From assembly GCF_009914755.1 (NCBI RefSeq), contig NC_060930.1: DNA of 64,000 nucleotides. One strand, given 5' to 3'. The position numbers and the translations under genes were made by a program. The number at the start of each line of letters is the position of its first letter. Within the stretch, counting starts at the first letter, position 1. This DNA comes from the human T2T-CHM13v2.0 reference genome, Homo sapiens. Of the stretch, positions 16,201 to 29,164 are shown piece after piece. The notes below the pieces were generated by a model that was not told the origin of the DNA, ran no database searches, and worked only from the letters and a program-made list of their open reading frames with translations.

Positions 16201-17226
16201 ATGGGGAAAAATCAGAGTAGAAAAGCTGAAAAGTCTAAAAATCAGAGCATCTCTTCTCCTCCGAAGGAATGCAGTTCCTTGCCATCAACAGAACAAAGCT
16301 GGATGGAGAATGACTTTGACAAGTTGAGAGAAGAAGGCTTCAGATGATCGGTAATAACAAACTTCTCCAAGCTAAAGGAAGATGTTCAAACCCATTGCAA
16401 AGAAGCTAAAAACCTTGCAAAAAAGACTAGACAAATGGCTAACTAGAATAACCAGTGTAGAGAAGTCCTTAAATGACCTGATGAAGCTGAAAACCACAGG
16501 ATGAGAACTACGTGACACATGCACAAGCTTCAGTAGCCGACTCGATCAAGTGGAAGAAAGGGTATCAGAGTCTGAAGATCAAATGAATGAAATGAAGCAA
16601 CATGAGAAGTTTAGAGAAAAAAGAGTGGAAAGAAATGAACAAAGCCTCCAAGAAATATGGGACTATGTGAAAAGACCAAATCTACGTCTAACTGGTGTAC
16701 CTGAAAGTGATGGGGAGAATGGAACCAAGTTGGAAAACACTCTGCAGGATATTATCCAGGAGAACTTCCCCAATCTAGCAAGGGAGGCCAATATTCAAAT
16801 TCAGGAAATACAGAGAATACCACAAAGATACTCCTCGAGAAGAGCAACTTCAAGACACATAATTGTCAGATTCACCAAAGTTGAAATGAAGAAAAAAATT
16901 TTAAGGGCAGCCAGAGAGAAAGGTCGGGTTACCCACAAAGGGAAGCCCATCAGACTAACAGCTGATCTCTCGGCAGAAACTCTACAAGCCAGAAGAGAGT
17001 GGGGGCCAATACTCAACATTCTTCAAGGAAAGAATTTTCAACCCAGAATTTCATATCCAGCCAAACTAAGCTTCATAAGTGCAGGAGAAATAAAATCTTT
17101 TACAGACAACAAATGCTGAGAGATTTTGTCACCACCAGGCCTGCCCTAAAAGAGCTCCTGAAGGAAGCACTAAACATGGAAAGGAACAACCAGTACCAGC
17201 CACTGCAAAAACATGCCAAACAGTAA
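16201..17226 (+). pseudogene. L1 ORF1p remnant
   Basis: ORF 16550-17119 (SLQEIWDYVKRPNLRL..GVPE, RHIIVRF, ARREWG); stops and frameshifts elsewhere. Confidence 0.9.
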
Positions 17227-17289
17227 AGATCATCGAGGCTAGGAAGAAACTGCATCAACTAACGAGCAAAATAACCAGCTAACATCATA

Positions 17290-19299
17290 ATGACAGGATC
17301 AAATTCATACATAACAATATTAACCTTAAATGTAAATGGGCTAAATGCTCCAATTAAAAGACACAGACTGGCAAACTGGATAAAGAGTCAAGACCAATCA
17401 GTGTGCCGTATTCAGGAAACCCATCTCAGGCATCTGCAATCTAATGGTAATCTAATCTAATCTAATGCTAACATCTTGCAATTGCAAGATTGCAAGATTG
17501 CTATCATCTTGCAATCAGGCAAGAGAAAGAAATAAAGGTATTCAATTAGGAAAAGAGGAAGTCAAATTGTCACTGTTTGCACATGACATATTATATATTT
17601 AGAAAACCCCATCTTGTAAGCCCAAAATCTCCTTAAGATGATAAGCAACTCAGCAAAATCTCAGGATACAAAATCCATGAGCAAAAATCACAAGCATTCC
17701 TATACACCAATAACAGACAAACAGAGAGCCAAATCATGCGTGAACTCCCATTCACAATTGCTACAAACAGAATAAAATACCTAGGAATCCAACTTACAAG
17801 GGATGTGAAGGACCTCTTCAAGAAGAACTACAAATCACTGCTCAACGAAATAAAAGAGGAATCAAACAAATGGAAGAACATTCCATGCTCATGGGTAGGA
17901 AGAATCAATATGGTGAAAATGGCCATACTGCCCAAAGTAATTTATAGATTCAATGCCATCCCCATCAAGCTACCAATGCCTTTCTTAACCAAATTGGAAA
18001 AAACTACTTTAAAGTTCATATGGAACCAAAAAAGAGCCCACATTGCCAAGTCAATCCTAAGCAAAAAGAACAAAGCTAGAGGCATCATGCTACCTGACTT
18101 CAAACTATACTACAAGGCTACAGTAACCAAAAGAGCATGGTACTGGTACCAAAACAGAGATATAGACCAATGGAACAGAACAGAGCTCTCAGAAATAATA
18201 CCACACATCTACAACCATCTGATCTTTGACAAACCTGACAAAAACAAGAAATGGGGAAAGGATTCCCTATTTAATAAATGGTGTTGCTGGGAAAACTGGC
18301 TAGCCATATGTAGAAAGCTGAAACTGGATCCCTTCCTTATACCTTATACAAAAATTAATTCAAGATGGATTAAAGACTTAAATGTTAGACCTAAAACCAT
18401 AAAAACCTAGAAGGAAACATGGCAATATCATTCAGGACTTAGGCATGGGCGATGACTTCATGTCTAAAACACCAAAAGCAATGGCAGCAAAAGCCAAAAT
18501 TGACAAATGGGATCTAATTAAACTGAAGAGCTTCTGCACAACAAAAGAAACTACCATCAGAGTGAACAGGCAACCTACAGAATGGAAGAAAATTTTTACA
18601 ACCTACCCATCTGACAAAGGGCTAATATCCAGAATCTATAAAGAACTTGAACAAATTTACAAGAAAAAATCAACCCCATCAAAAAGTGGGTGAAGGATAT
18701 AACAGCACTTCTCAAAAGAAGACATTTATGCAGCCAACAGACACATGAAAAAATGCTCATCATCACTAGCCATCAGAGAAATGCAAATCAAAACTACAAT
18801 GAGATACCATCTCACACCAGTTAGAATGACGATCATTAAAAAGTCAGGAAACAACAGGTGCTGGAGAGGATGTGGAGAAATAGGAATGCTTTTACACTGT
18901 TGGTGGGACTGTAAACTAGTTCAACCATTGTGGAAGTCAGTGTGGCGATTCCTCAAGGATCTAGAACTAGAAATACCATTTGACCCAGCCATCCCAATAC
19001 TGGGCATATACCCAAAGGATTATAAATCATGCTGCTATAAAGACACATGCACATGTATGTTTACTGTGGCACTATTCACAATAGCAAAGACTTGGAACCA
19101 ACCCAAATGTCCATCAATGATAGACTGGATTAAGAAAATGTGGCATATATACACCATGGAATACTATGCAGCCATAAAAAAGCATGAGTTCGAGTCCTTT
19201 GTAGGGACATGGATGAAGCTGGAAACCATCATTCTCAGCAAACTATCACAAGGACAGAAAACCAAACAATGCATGTTCTCACTCACAGGTGGGAACTGA
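17290..19299 (+). pseudogene. L1 ORF2p remnant (internally deleted)
   Basis: MTGSNSYITILTLNVNGLN start; ORFs 17736-18410, 18445-18693, 18745-19299. Confidence 0.9.
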
Positions 19300-19529
19300 A
19301 CAATGAGAACACTTGGACACAGGGTGGGGAACATCACACACCAGGCCTGTCATGGGGTGGGGGTAGGGGGGAGGGATAGCATTAGGAGATATACCTAATG
19401 TAAATGACAAGTTAATGGGTGCAGCACCCCAACATGGAACATGTATACATATGTGACAAACCTGCACGTTGTGCACATGTACCCTAGAACTTAAAGTATA
19501 ACAATAAAAAAATTTTAAAAAACAATAAT

Positions 19530-20360
19530 TCAAAATTAAAAAGTGTCAGAAAAAAATCAATTAAAAATCTAGAAGATAAAATAGAGGAAATCTCTCAGAA
19601 AAGAAAGTGATTAGACAAACAGTTGGGAAATATTTGAAGAGATTTAGAGGACTAACCCATGTGGTCCAATATCTAAATAATAAATGTTACAGAAAGATAA
19701 AACAGAAACAACTGGAGAGGAGAAATTCATCAAAAAATTGTACAAGGAAATATGCAAAGACTTAAGGACATAAATTTACAAGGTGAACAATCCCAATGAA
19801 TACTCAGTATAATGAAAGACAAAAACCCTATTTATGGCACATCTTGATGACATTTTAGAGTACCAGGGGTAAAAACAAAAATGTAAAATCTTTCCAAGTA
19901 AAAATCAGATTATATACAAAGGATTCAGAATGGCAGGAAATCTGATGCTTTCAAAATGTTATGGTACAATTATTTTTACTTAGAATATAATATCCAGCCA
20001 GATATCAATAAAGTGTGAGGGGAAAGTAAATGAAATTTTGGATGTGCAATGAATTTTTTAAGTTGTTTAACATTGCACCTTTTCCTAGATAGCCATAGTA
20101 GGATATGCCTCAGAAAAAAGAGGAAATATACTTTTTTTAAGATGAAGACACAGAATCTAGGAAAGAGTAGAGCCAACACAAGCTAGAGCTACAAAAGAAG
20201 GTCCTAGGATGACAGGAATTCATCAGGCCAAGGGAGCAACCAGTCCAGATGGGAAAAGTAGGATACAGGGATCTAGAAGAGGAGTCTAAGAATTCATGAA
20301 ATTGATAGATTATCTGAAATGTTTGCACACTTGGAAATTAATATTGATAAGCGTAAGATA
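19530..20360 (+). mobile_element. Old HAL1/L1M ORF1-like fragment
   Basis: Decayed A-rich ORF1-like tract (CTAGAAGATAAAATAGAGGAAATCTCTCAGAA; AGAATATAATATCCAGCCA); boundaries approximate. Confidence 0.5.
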
Positions 20361-20389
20361 GAACCCTTAAGAAATAATGGCAGATGACC

Positions 20390-22540
20390 AACTGCATCGA
20401 CCTTGAGCCCTGAAAAGCCTCAGTTGTGGGCAGGTCATACAAGCTGCAAGACTTGGACATGCCTCAGTGCTGTGCTGGTCTTGGTAGCCACAGGCTTCAG
20501 GAGCAACCAGCACTGTGTTAGCCTTGACAACCAAAGGATTTCAGCCATGGCAGTCCTGGTCTTAGGGTACTCCCCAGCCCTGCAATAGACAGAGTGGTAA
20601 CAGACTTAGGGACCTACCAGGCAACCTTTTCTGAATCTCTAAAGAGGCTCATAAAGAAAGCCTTAAAAATGCTAAAGGAAGCTCACAAACAAAGCCAGAC
20701 TGCAAAGGCTGAATTAGGTACCTATGTCAATGCACAGACATCAATGCATGGCCAAAAGGATTAAGATAAATTAGGGAAATATGTCACCAAATGGACAAAA
20801 TAGGTGCCAGTGACTGACCCTAAAGAGATGAAGATGGAGGAACTGCCTGACAAAGAATTCAAAATGGCTACCTTTAAGGAAGCTCAGTAAACATCAATAA
20901 AATATGGAAAAACAAGTCAAAAGTTGATCCGAGAAATTTTAAAAATTGAAATAATTTTTTCAAATATCAAACTGTATTGGTTCGTTTTCACACTGCTGAT
21001 AAAGACATACCTGAGACTGGGTAATTTATAAAGAAAAAGAGGTTTAATGGACTCACAGTTCCACATGGCTGGGGAGGTCTCACAATCATGGCAGAAGGTG
21101 AAAGGCACATCTTACATGTCAGCAGACGAGAGAATGAGAGACTAGTGAAAAGGAAAACCCCTCATAAAACCATCAGATCTCATGAGACTTTTTCACTACC
21201 ACGAGAACAGTATGGGACGGAGGAAACCACCCCTATGATTCAATTATCTCCCACCAGGCCCCTCCCATAACATATGGAAATTATTGGAGCTACAATTCAA
21301 GATGAGATTTGGGTGGGGACACAGAGCAAAACCATATCACAAACAGAAATCCTGGAGCTGAAAAATAAAATGAAAACAAATGAGAAATGCAATATAGAAC
21401 ATCAACAGCAGAACTGATGAAGCAGAGGAAAGAATCTATAAACTTGAAGACAGGTTACTTATAAATACAGTCAGAGGAGAAAGAAGAATAAAAAAGAATG
21501 AAGAAAGCTTATGAAATTTATGGGATAACGTCAAAACAGCAAATTACAGGGCATTAGTGTTCAACAGGGAGTAGAGAAAGAGAAAGGAGTAGAAAGCTTA
21601 TTTAAAGAAATAATAACAGACTATCTTCCAAATCTGGAAAACGATATAAATTCCCAGGTACAGGAAGGTCAATGGTCTCCAATCAGATTCAATCCAGGTA
21701 AGACTACCCCACAACATATTATAATCAAAATTTCTACAATCCAAGACAAAGAGAGGATCCTGAAAGCAGCAAGAGAAAAGAAAATAACATACAAGGGAAT
21801 CCCAGTATCTCTAACAGCTGACTTCTCAGCAGCAACATTAAAGCCCAGGAGAAAGTGAGATAATATATCCAAAGTGCTGGAGGAAAAAAAACTGCCAATC
21901 AAGAATACTCTACCCATCAAAGCTGCCTTTAGAAATAAAGGAGAGGGAAAGACTTTTCCAGACAAACAAAGCTGAGGAAATTTATCACCACCAGACCTGT
22001 CTTACAAGAAATGCTGTCTTCAAGAAGAAAATGAAGGGTGCTAATGAGTAACAGTTAGCATCTGAAAGTATGTAATTCAGTAATAAAAGTACACAAATTT
22101 GGAATACTCTAATAATGTAATGGAAGTTTGTAAATCACATATCTTTAATATAAAAAGGAAAAAACTAATAAAAAATGACTACAATAATTTGTTAATGACT
22201 ATGCAATATAAAAAGACATAAATTGTGACATCAAAAATGCAAAGTGTGGGTAGAGAACATAGTTAAGGGATACAGGTTTTCTTTTTTCTTCCTTTGTTGT
22301 AATTGATGTTAAGTCGTTATCAGTTTAAAATAACTTTTATAACTATAAGATGTTTCTTGAAATCCTCATGGTAACCACAAAGCAAAAATCTATCACAGAT
22401 ACATTAAAATTAAAAAGCAAGAAATCGAAACATGCTAATAGAAAAACATCACTTAACCACAAAGGAAACTAGAAAACAATTAAAAAATAAATAGATTTAA
22501 TTATTCAATTAAAGGATATAGAGTGGCTGAATGGATAAAA
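20390..22540 (+). mobile_element. L1M (L1MA-age) 5' region/ORF1/inter-ORF fragment, split by THE1
   Basis: GAACTGCCTGACAAAGAATTCAAAAT, GAAATCCTGGAGCTGAAAAAT, GAGAGGATCCTGAAAGCAGCAAGAGAAAAG, GCTGACTTCTCAGCAGCAAC are ORF1 hallmarks. Confidence 0.75.
20973..21339 (-). mobile_element. THE1B-like MaLR solo LTR
   Basis: TG...CA termini (TGTATTGG...ACCATATCA), 367 bp, perfect 5-bp TSD CAAAC (20968-20972 / 21340-21344). Confidence 0.92.
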
Positions 22541-22798
22541 AATAATTAATGATAGATACACTAAAAATTAATGTATATGGAAAAAGGGGGAATTATTAAC
22601 TACAAAGGAAAACATCTTATTAAAAAACAGTCATAGACTACCACTTGGTTTTGTAGTAAAAAATATTTTCACAATAACAATGTAAAAACTGAATACTGAT
22701 TTATTCTAAAAATTATTATATGATTACATCAAAAGGGTAGTTGGGCAGGAAAGTAAAATGTGGGAAAAGAATAAAAGATTTTATTTCAGAAAGCCTTA

Positions 22799-23336
<538 letters not shown>

Positions 23337-24114
23337 AGAAAGCCTTACCTTATCTTATGGGAAATCAATGGATAACATGGGTGAAAATACTACAAGAAAT
23401 GGCTGAAATAAATAAAAATGATTGCCTCTGGGAGGACTGGGAATTTGGAGGGGCAAGACAAAGGACAGCAGTTTTTCATTATTATGCTATTTTATATTTC
23501 ACATTTATGAAATACTTTGAGATACAAGTGAGAATAAATGAAACAGTCAAACTCTGTATGTTCAAGAAGTATTTGTGCCCTTTACTCTGCTTGAAAAATC
23601 TAAAATTTTGATTTAGTAAAAATTGAGGATGAATATATTCTACAAATGCAGTATAATTTGCTAATTTAATCTATTCAATTATGCTACTCATTCTGTATTG
23701 ATCAACATCTATCAAAACATATCTTTGGATCATAAAGGATTGATAACACTTCAAATTTAAGGTAGTGTTTCTTAAAATTATTTATCTACTTATAGTTAAA
23801 TGTAAGCAAACAAAAGGGAGGTATAATCTCTCCTGTGATATTTTCTTTGTTGATTTATCGAAACATATATACAAATCTGTTTATACATGGATAATAATAG
23901 ACCTATTAATTACTCTGAGCTAAATTTCCTTAACTACAAAAAGGTAAAATACAGTCTTACATCAGGCAAATGAAAAACAAGCAGAGGAAACACTATACAA
24001 AGGGAAGCACTATAAAGACCATGCAAGTATCACAGAAATTAGCACTTTATAACTTTATAAAACATGATCTCTCCTTTAAGTGTCTAAATTGTGACTAAAT
24101 AATTTAATACTTAC

Positions 24115-24385
24115 CTGAAAATTATATGTTTAATCTGTGCAATCATTTTTTGGCATACAACTTTCTGGACTGTTTTTGTTTTTTCATTTGATTAGTTGGC
24201 TGGGCTGTTGTTTTATTGTGTGTGTGCAATGAAAAATCTCATGTATTTTAGTGAGTTCATCTGTACGCCAAGTACTCCAACCATCTCTCAACTTTTCAAA
24301 CAAATCCCCAATGGCCTCCCTGAGTTAAATCAGCAGAACAATAATATTTCATGGCTCATTAGTGCATGCAATCAAGCAACAGATC
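24115..24385 (-). other. Candidate exon (271 nt; alternative acceptor gives 24115-24319)
   Basis: Perfect donor CAG|gtaagt; acceptor ttgcttctccctttccactactgtatcag|G; lies in a repeat-free island. Confidence 0.45.
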
Positions 24386-25554
24386 CTGATACAGTAGTGG
24401 AAAGGGAGAAGCAATAGTTGGTTTCAATTTTGTTAATACCACAATATGCCCATAGGCCTCAGCCAAAAGGTGTAAATTAAGGATTGAACATAACCACGAA
24501 GCAATTGGCTGACAACAAAAAAGGGGGGAAAAAGACTTTTAACAGAAAGAGCTACTGCAACTTAAATTGTTCTCACATTTTAAATGTGTTAACAATATCT
24601 ATTTTTATTTGTAAGCCAACTTTGTGTTGCAACTCTGCTGAGTTTCATCTTTTAAGCCTCTTTTGCCTCTCTGAGCCAGTTTTATCTTCGTATTTGAGGC
24701 TTTACATTCAGGTGACTTCTTTCATTGCATTTCAAGGGTTCTCTAACCCAAAAAAAAGATGGAAGCAGCACACGACAATCCTTTGGGGTGAGTAAAGAAA
24801 AATATTAGAATTTCTATTTCCATTTTCTCTAAATATAATATGAGTCTACATTTGATATATGGATTTTCACAGGCATTCTTGTTCAGTAACTATATCAGAG
24901 GATCCATATCTCATACAGTGAGCAAAATATCCTGAAAGAAGCATGCATGTTCCAGGCACAGAGGGGTAGACAGTGGTGCCCTCATGTAGTCATTCTCTGA
25001 TTTCAGCAGGTTACAATCTATGGCAGTTTACAAGAGACCAGTTAGGAGAATTTGTAGAGTATATTGTCAAGTTTTATCTATACTAAACTTCACAAGGACA
25101 AATAGGTCTAAAATATTCTTTCAAAGGCATCACATGCTGAGGATAATACCAGTGATGGAAGTGTGTAAGTGAACAAGAAAATGGTAACATGGGAAATTCT
25201 ACTCCTGGTATAAGCTATTCAACAGCCATATTATAAGATTAAAAATGAAGATGATCAAATTAGATTCGACAAAAAGTTGTAGGCCAAAAGATTCAAAGTT
25301 ATCAAGATTGCAATTTGAAGGACAGATTTACATCTATAATCATTCATTATAAACCATTCTTAAGCATACATTCTTCCCTGTGATGGTTAGTCATTGATTA
25401 TGTGAAGCCCTTATGCAATTACAATTAGCCTGATATTTTAAAACACCACTATTTTGTTCCCTTTTGCCTTGTTCTTTTTAATTTTTATGTATCTTTTGTA
25501 ACACACAGAATATATTAGAACTTATTGTTTATAGTAAATTTTTATTTATTATAA

Positions 25555-25755
25555 AGGCAGCTTAGTGGATTGACAGCATGAGCACGCAGACAGACTGCTC
25601 AGCTCTGTGACTTACGACTGTCTAACATGGGCAACTTATTTAATCTATGACTCAGTTTCTTTTCATGTAAAACAAGGATAACTAACTACTCCATAAATTT
25701 GCAAAGTTCTTAAAACAGTGCCTTAAATATAGCAAGCTCCATATAAGTATCATTA
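25555..25755 (+). mobile_element. MIR
   Basis: Core ATGGGCAACTTATTTAATCT..CTCAGTTTCTTTTCATGTAAAA. Confidence 0.7.
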
Positions 25756-26149
25756 AATTAAATTAAAACATTACTATTTTTTAAAAATAATAGAAACATA
25801 TGGAATATATGCTCTTATGTTTTTACTGACATGAGTAAGAAATAACAAAGTCTGAAGGGTGCTGTTCTAGAAAATCCTGTGTCACATTTATGTTACTTGA
25901 AAACTTAAACATAGTCATAGTTTATCAATAGAAAATTCCTACTCCATCTACTTAAGGTGAAAAAATATATCTTTATAATTTCACACATCAATTAATCACT
26001 TGCTTTTCAAAATTATAACAGAACAGCTAAAATAAGATGCTTAAAATAAATAACAAGATATCATTTACATATGGCTAAGAAAATACTGTGCCTGGGATTC
26101 CTAATTGAGTCACCTTATCAAGTGTTCTTTATGTTAATATTTAAATTGG

Positions 26150-27320
26150 CTCATATTAACTGAGCACCAGAAATTAATCATGGGGGACACAAAGGAGCCA
26201 TCAACCTTCCCAGATAATAAAAAATCAGCACATGTGAGAGTTCAGACAATTGATGGTTACTGATGGCCAAAGATGGACAGGATGTGTGTGACTCATACCT
26301 CAAGAGCCAATAATAATGGTTCTGAATGCAAATTGCTGCACCTTAGTAAGACACATATGCATAAGGGAGCCTACAAATGACGTTAGACCATGATTGGCTG
26401 GGACTAGGAGGAAGAGTGGGGGCTTTTCAGAGGCTATGATGTTTAAACAGAACCTGAGTGAAGAGTTTACAGGGAACTCTTATGGGGTTGGTAGTGATAA
26501 ATAAAAACACTAAGCAGGGAACGTGGGCAAAGTCGAAAAGGCATGAAACAATGTGATCTGTGCAGGGATGTACACGTAGCCACTCTGTATAAGCAGGAAA
26601 GTGAGTGGGAAAAGATGAGACTAGAAAGGCAAATTAGGGTAGATCTTAAGGGATCTTGTAGTCACCCTAGAAGCCTGGATTTGGTACGAAAAGACAGAGA
26701 ACTATAAAATGAAGTTGGTCTGGAAAATGGCATGATCAGATTTTTGTGGAAGGAAAACTCAGAACAATGCAGACAAAGATGAAGAGACTAGAGGCAGGAA
26801 AATCAGTCCAGAAGCTACCTCAGTCATCAGACACAAGTCCATGTCTAAGCTATCGTGCACTATTTGCACCCAAAGGCATACTTCATAAATCAGGACTTGT
26901 AATTTTCCATAAATGACAGTTGTCTCTATCTCAGCTAGTTTTATACATTCTTTCAACAATATTTTTTTGATACTTATTCTTTACTAAATGAAGTTTAAAA
27001 TGCTGGAGACAGACTAATGGACAATGCAGAAAAAGCCCGCTACGCCACGGTGCTTACATTCTACAAGGGGCAGACAGACAATAATGAAATAGCAATGTCA
27101 GGTAGTAATGGAGTTATAAAGAATGGAGAGTGCTACGGGTGTTCTATTTTACCTAAGATGAGCAGAGATGACTCTCTAACAAGGTGACAGAGGTCCTGGT
27201 GAAGCAAAGAGGTAAGCCATGTGGCTATCTAGAACAAGAGTTGTCCTGGCAGAGGAAATGAAAGTGCTATCACATGAAGCAGAATTCTGCTTGGGGTGTT
27301 TAAGGGACAGCAATGAAACC
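26150..27320 (-). mobile_element. L2 fragments
   Basis: CATTCTTTCAACAATATTT 3' end at about 26945; GCTTACATTCTACAAGGGGCAGACAGACAATA; purine-rich L2 body; boundaries approximate. Confidence 0.6.
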
Positions 27321-27525
27321 GAAACCACGAATAAGAACCTCTGGGGGCCAGGTGGACACTCTTTTACAAAGTCAGGAATACATCTTTAAATCAGAAAAGA
27401 AAAATATGTCACTGTCACTTGGAAGCCTGAGGGAGAGAGAATAAATGACCCAGAGCAATTTCATCCCCACAATCAGAAAACTCACTCACTGATTTTCTAC
27501 CCTCCTGGTGGTGGGCTGTTATAAT

Positions 27526-27581
27526 TGTGTGTGTGTGCGTGTGTGCATGTGTGTGTGTGACAGAGAGTGAGAGAGAGAGAA
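27526..27581. repeat. Compound (TG)n(GA)n microsatellite
   Basis: Directly visible. Confidence 0.9.
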
Positions 27582-28873
27582 AGTCTGGGTACCAGTTTAC
27601 ATGGCTATCAGCATGATTTAGAGGCATCACTCTGGTACGTTGGACCAAGCCATGCATGTTAGCACACATTAAAATGTAAGAAATATCACAAGATTTCTGA
27701 GAAAAGATGATAGACAGTTGTTTAGCTAGAATAGTTTATTATGGTCCTGTGAAAGACCTCTTTGCATCTCATACAAGTTGGAGATTTACAATCTTTTCAT
27801 TTGTAACCATCTAAATGTAATTATGCCACAGACTATTACAGATCTCAAGTTTTACTTTTGTCATAATGCTGCTGTCAAGAAAAAAAGTTGAATAGTATTA
27901 CATAAGTACTTGTGAGAACTGACTATTCCTTTCTGATGTTATTTTTACCTTAAGTTCACGCGTTTAAGCACAGAACTTCAACATTTGTGATCCTTCTAAT
28001 TATTAAAAACACTAATGCTAGTGAGCTCTATTCTATGCCAGATGCCGCGCTTCTATGCATTATCCCATTTAATCCCCACAACACCCTTAGAGGCCTGTAA
28101 AAGTGATCACAGAAAATAATTTCCATGTATTTGCCACCCAGGCATAAAGTATAAAAGTAATGAAACAATGTCATTTATTAACTTCCAAATTAAAATATTT
28201 TAATGGAGAGTAGAAAAAGAAATGCAATAATTTGAGTTACTAGACAGAACAGGAAATAAATTCGACTTAAATATTTATTAAGTATTTTTATGGTTTGAAG
28301 ATAAACTAGGCCCTGAGAAACTTATATTTTAGCTGGGAAAGAAGGGAGGAAAAGAAGGAGAGAGAGAGAGAGACAGAATGAATGAATGAATTATACTGCA
28401 AGGCAGGATGCAGGAATTGTCAATAGCAAGTTACGGGAGGAATTAATTCTGCCTGAGAGAATATGGCTAAAATTCTAGGGGAGGTACAGGTCGCATGGGA
28501 GAGAACACAATCTGGTTCAGATAGGGCAAAAAGCAAAGGAGAGAGACTCCATAAAATATAAACAAGCAGAAATTAGCGAACAAAGAGAACAGCACTAGGA
28601 GCCAAGCCAGAAGAAATAAAAGTGTCCAAAGAGCAAAGGTGGGATTGAGTGGAGTGTCTCAAGCAAAAGAGGAAAAGAAAGATATAGAAACAGAAGGCAC
28701 ACATGGGTGTGGTTTATAGGGCTATAGACTTGCCTGATAGGTGAGTAAGGGAGATGGAGAGAAGGGTAAAAGCCCACCTCCAGTACAGGGTAAGTGACAG
28801 CACAGTCCATCTAGTAAAAAATAACATTACTATGAAATAATAACAACCATTTATGTTTTTGTGATCTCTTCTT

Positions 28874-29164
28874 TTTTGTGTGTGACATGGAGTCTTGCTC
28901 TGTTGCCCAGGCTGAAGTGCAGTGGCGTATCTTGGCTCACTGCAACCTCCGCCTCCTGGGTTCAAGTGATTCTCCTGCCTCAGCCTCCTGAGTAGCTGGG
29001 ACTACAGGCATGCACCACCACACCCAGCTACTTTTTGTATTTTTAGTAAAGATGGGGTTTCAACATGTTGGCCAGGCTGGTCTCAAACTCCTAACCTCAG
29101 GTGATCCACCCACCTCGGCCTTCTAAAGTGCTGGAATTACAGGCATGAGCCAACGTACCTGGCC
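28874..29164 (-). mobile_element. Alu (AluSx-like)
   Basis: Antisense dimer; TSD ATCTCTTCTT (28864-28873 / 29166-29175). Confidence 0.95.

Larger units (their letters stand above)
15188..19510 (+). mobile_element. LINE-1 (L1PA5/6-like) with 5' UTR and about 1.9-kb internal ORF2 deletion
   Basis: 5' end GGGCGGGGAGGTTCCAAGATGGCC (YY1 site intact); ORF1 about 16201-17226; ORF2 ATG 17290; EN jumps to RT at 17428/17511; C-terminal ORF 18745-19299 with CWRGC..HCWWDC; G-rich 3' UTR and A tail. Confidence 0.95.

Noticed and set aside
17429-17510. CRISPR-like or satellite array
   Set aside because: Units are irregular, have no spacers and derive from the flanking L1 break ends; context is primate
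19354-19376. G-quadruplex-forming tract
   Set aside because: Ordinary feature of the L1PA 3' UTR
24196-24795. Plus-strand ORFs of 73 and 103 aa in the repeat-free island
   Set aside because: Non-ATG starts, no recognisable homology, composition typical of chance ORFs
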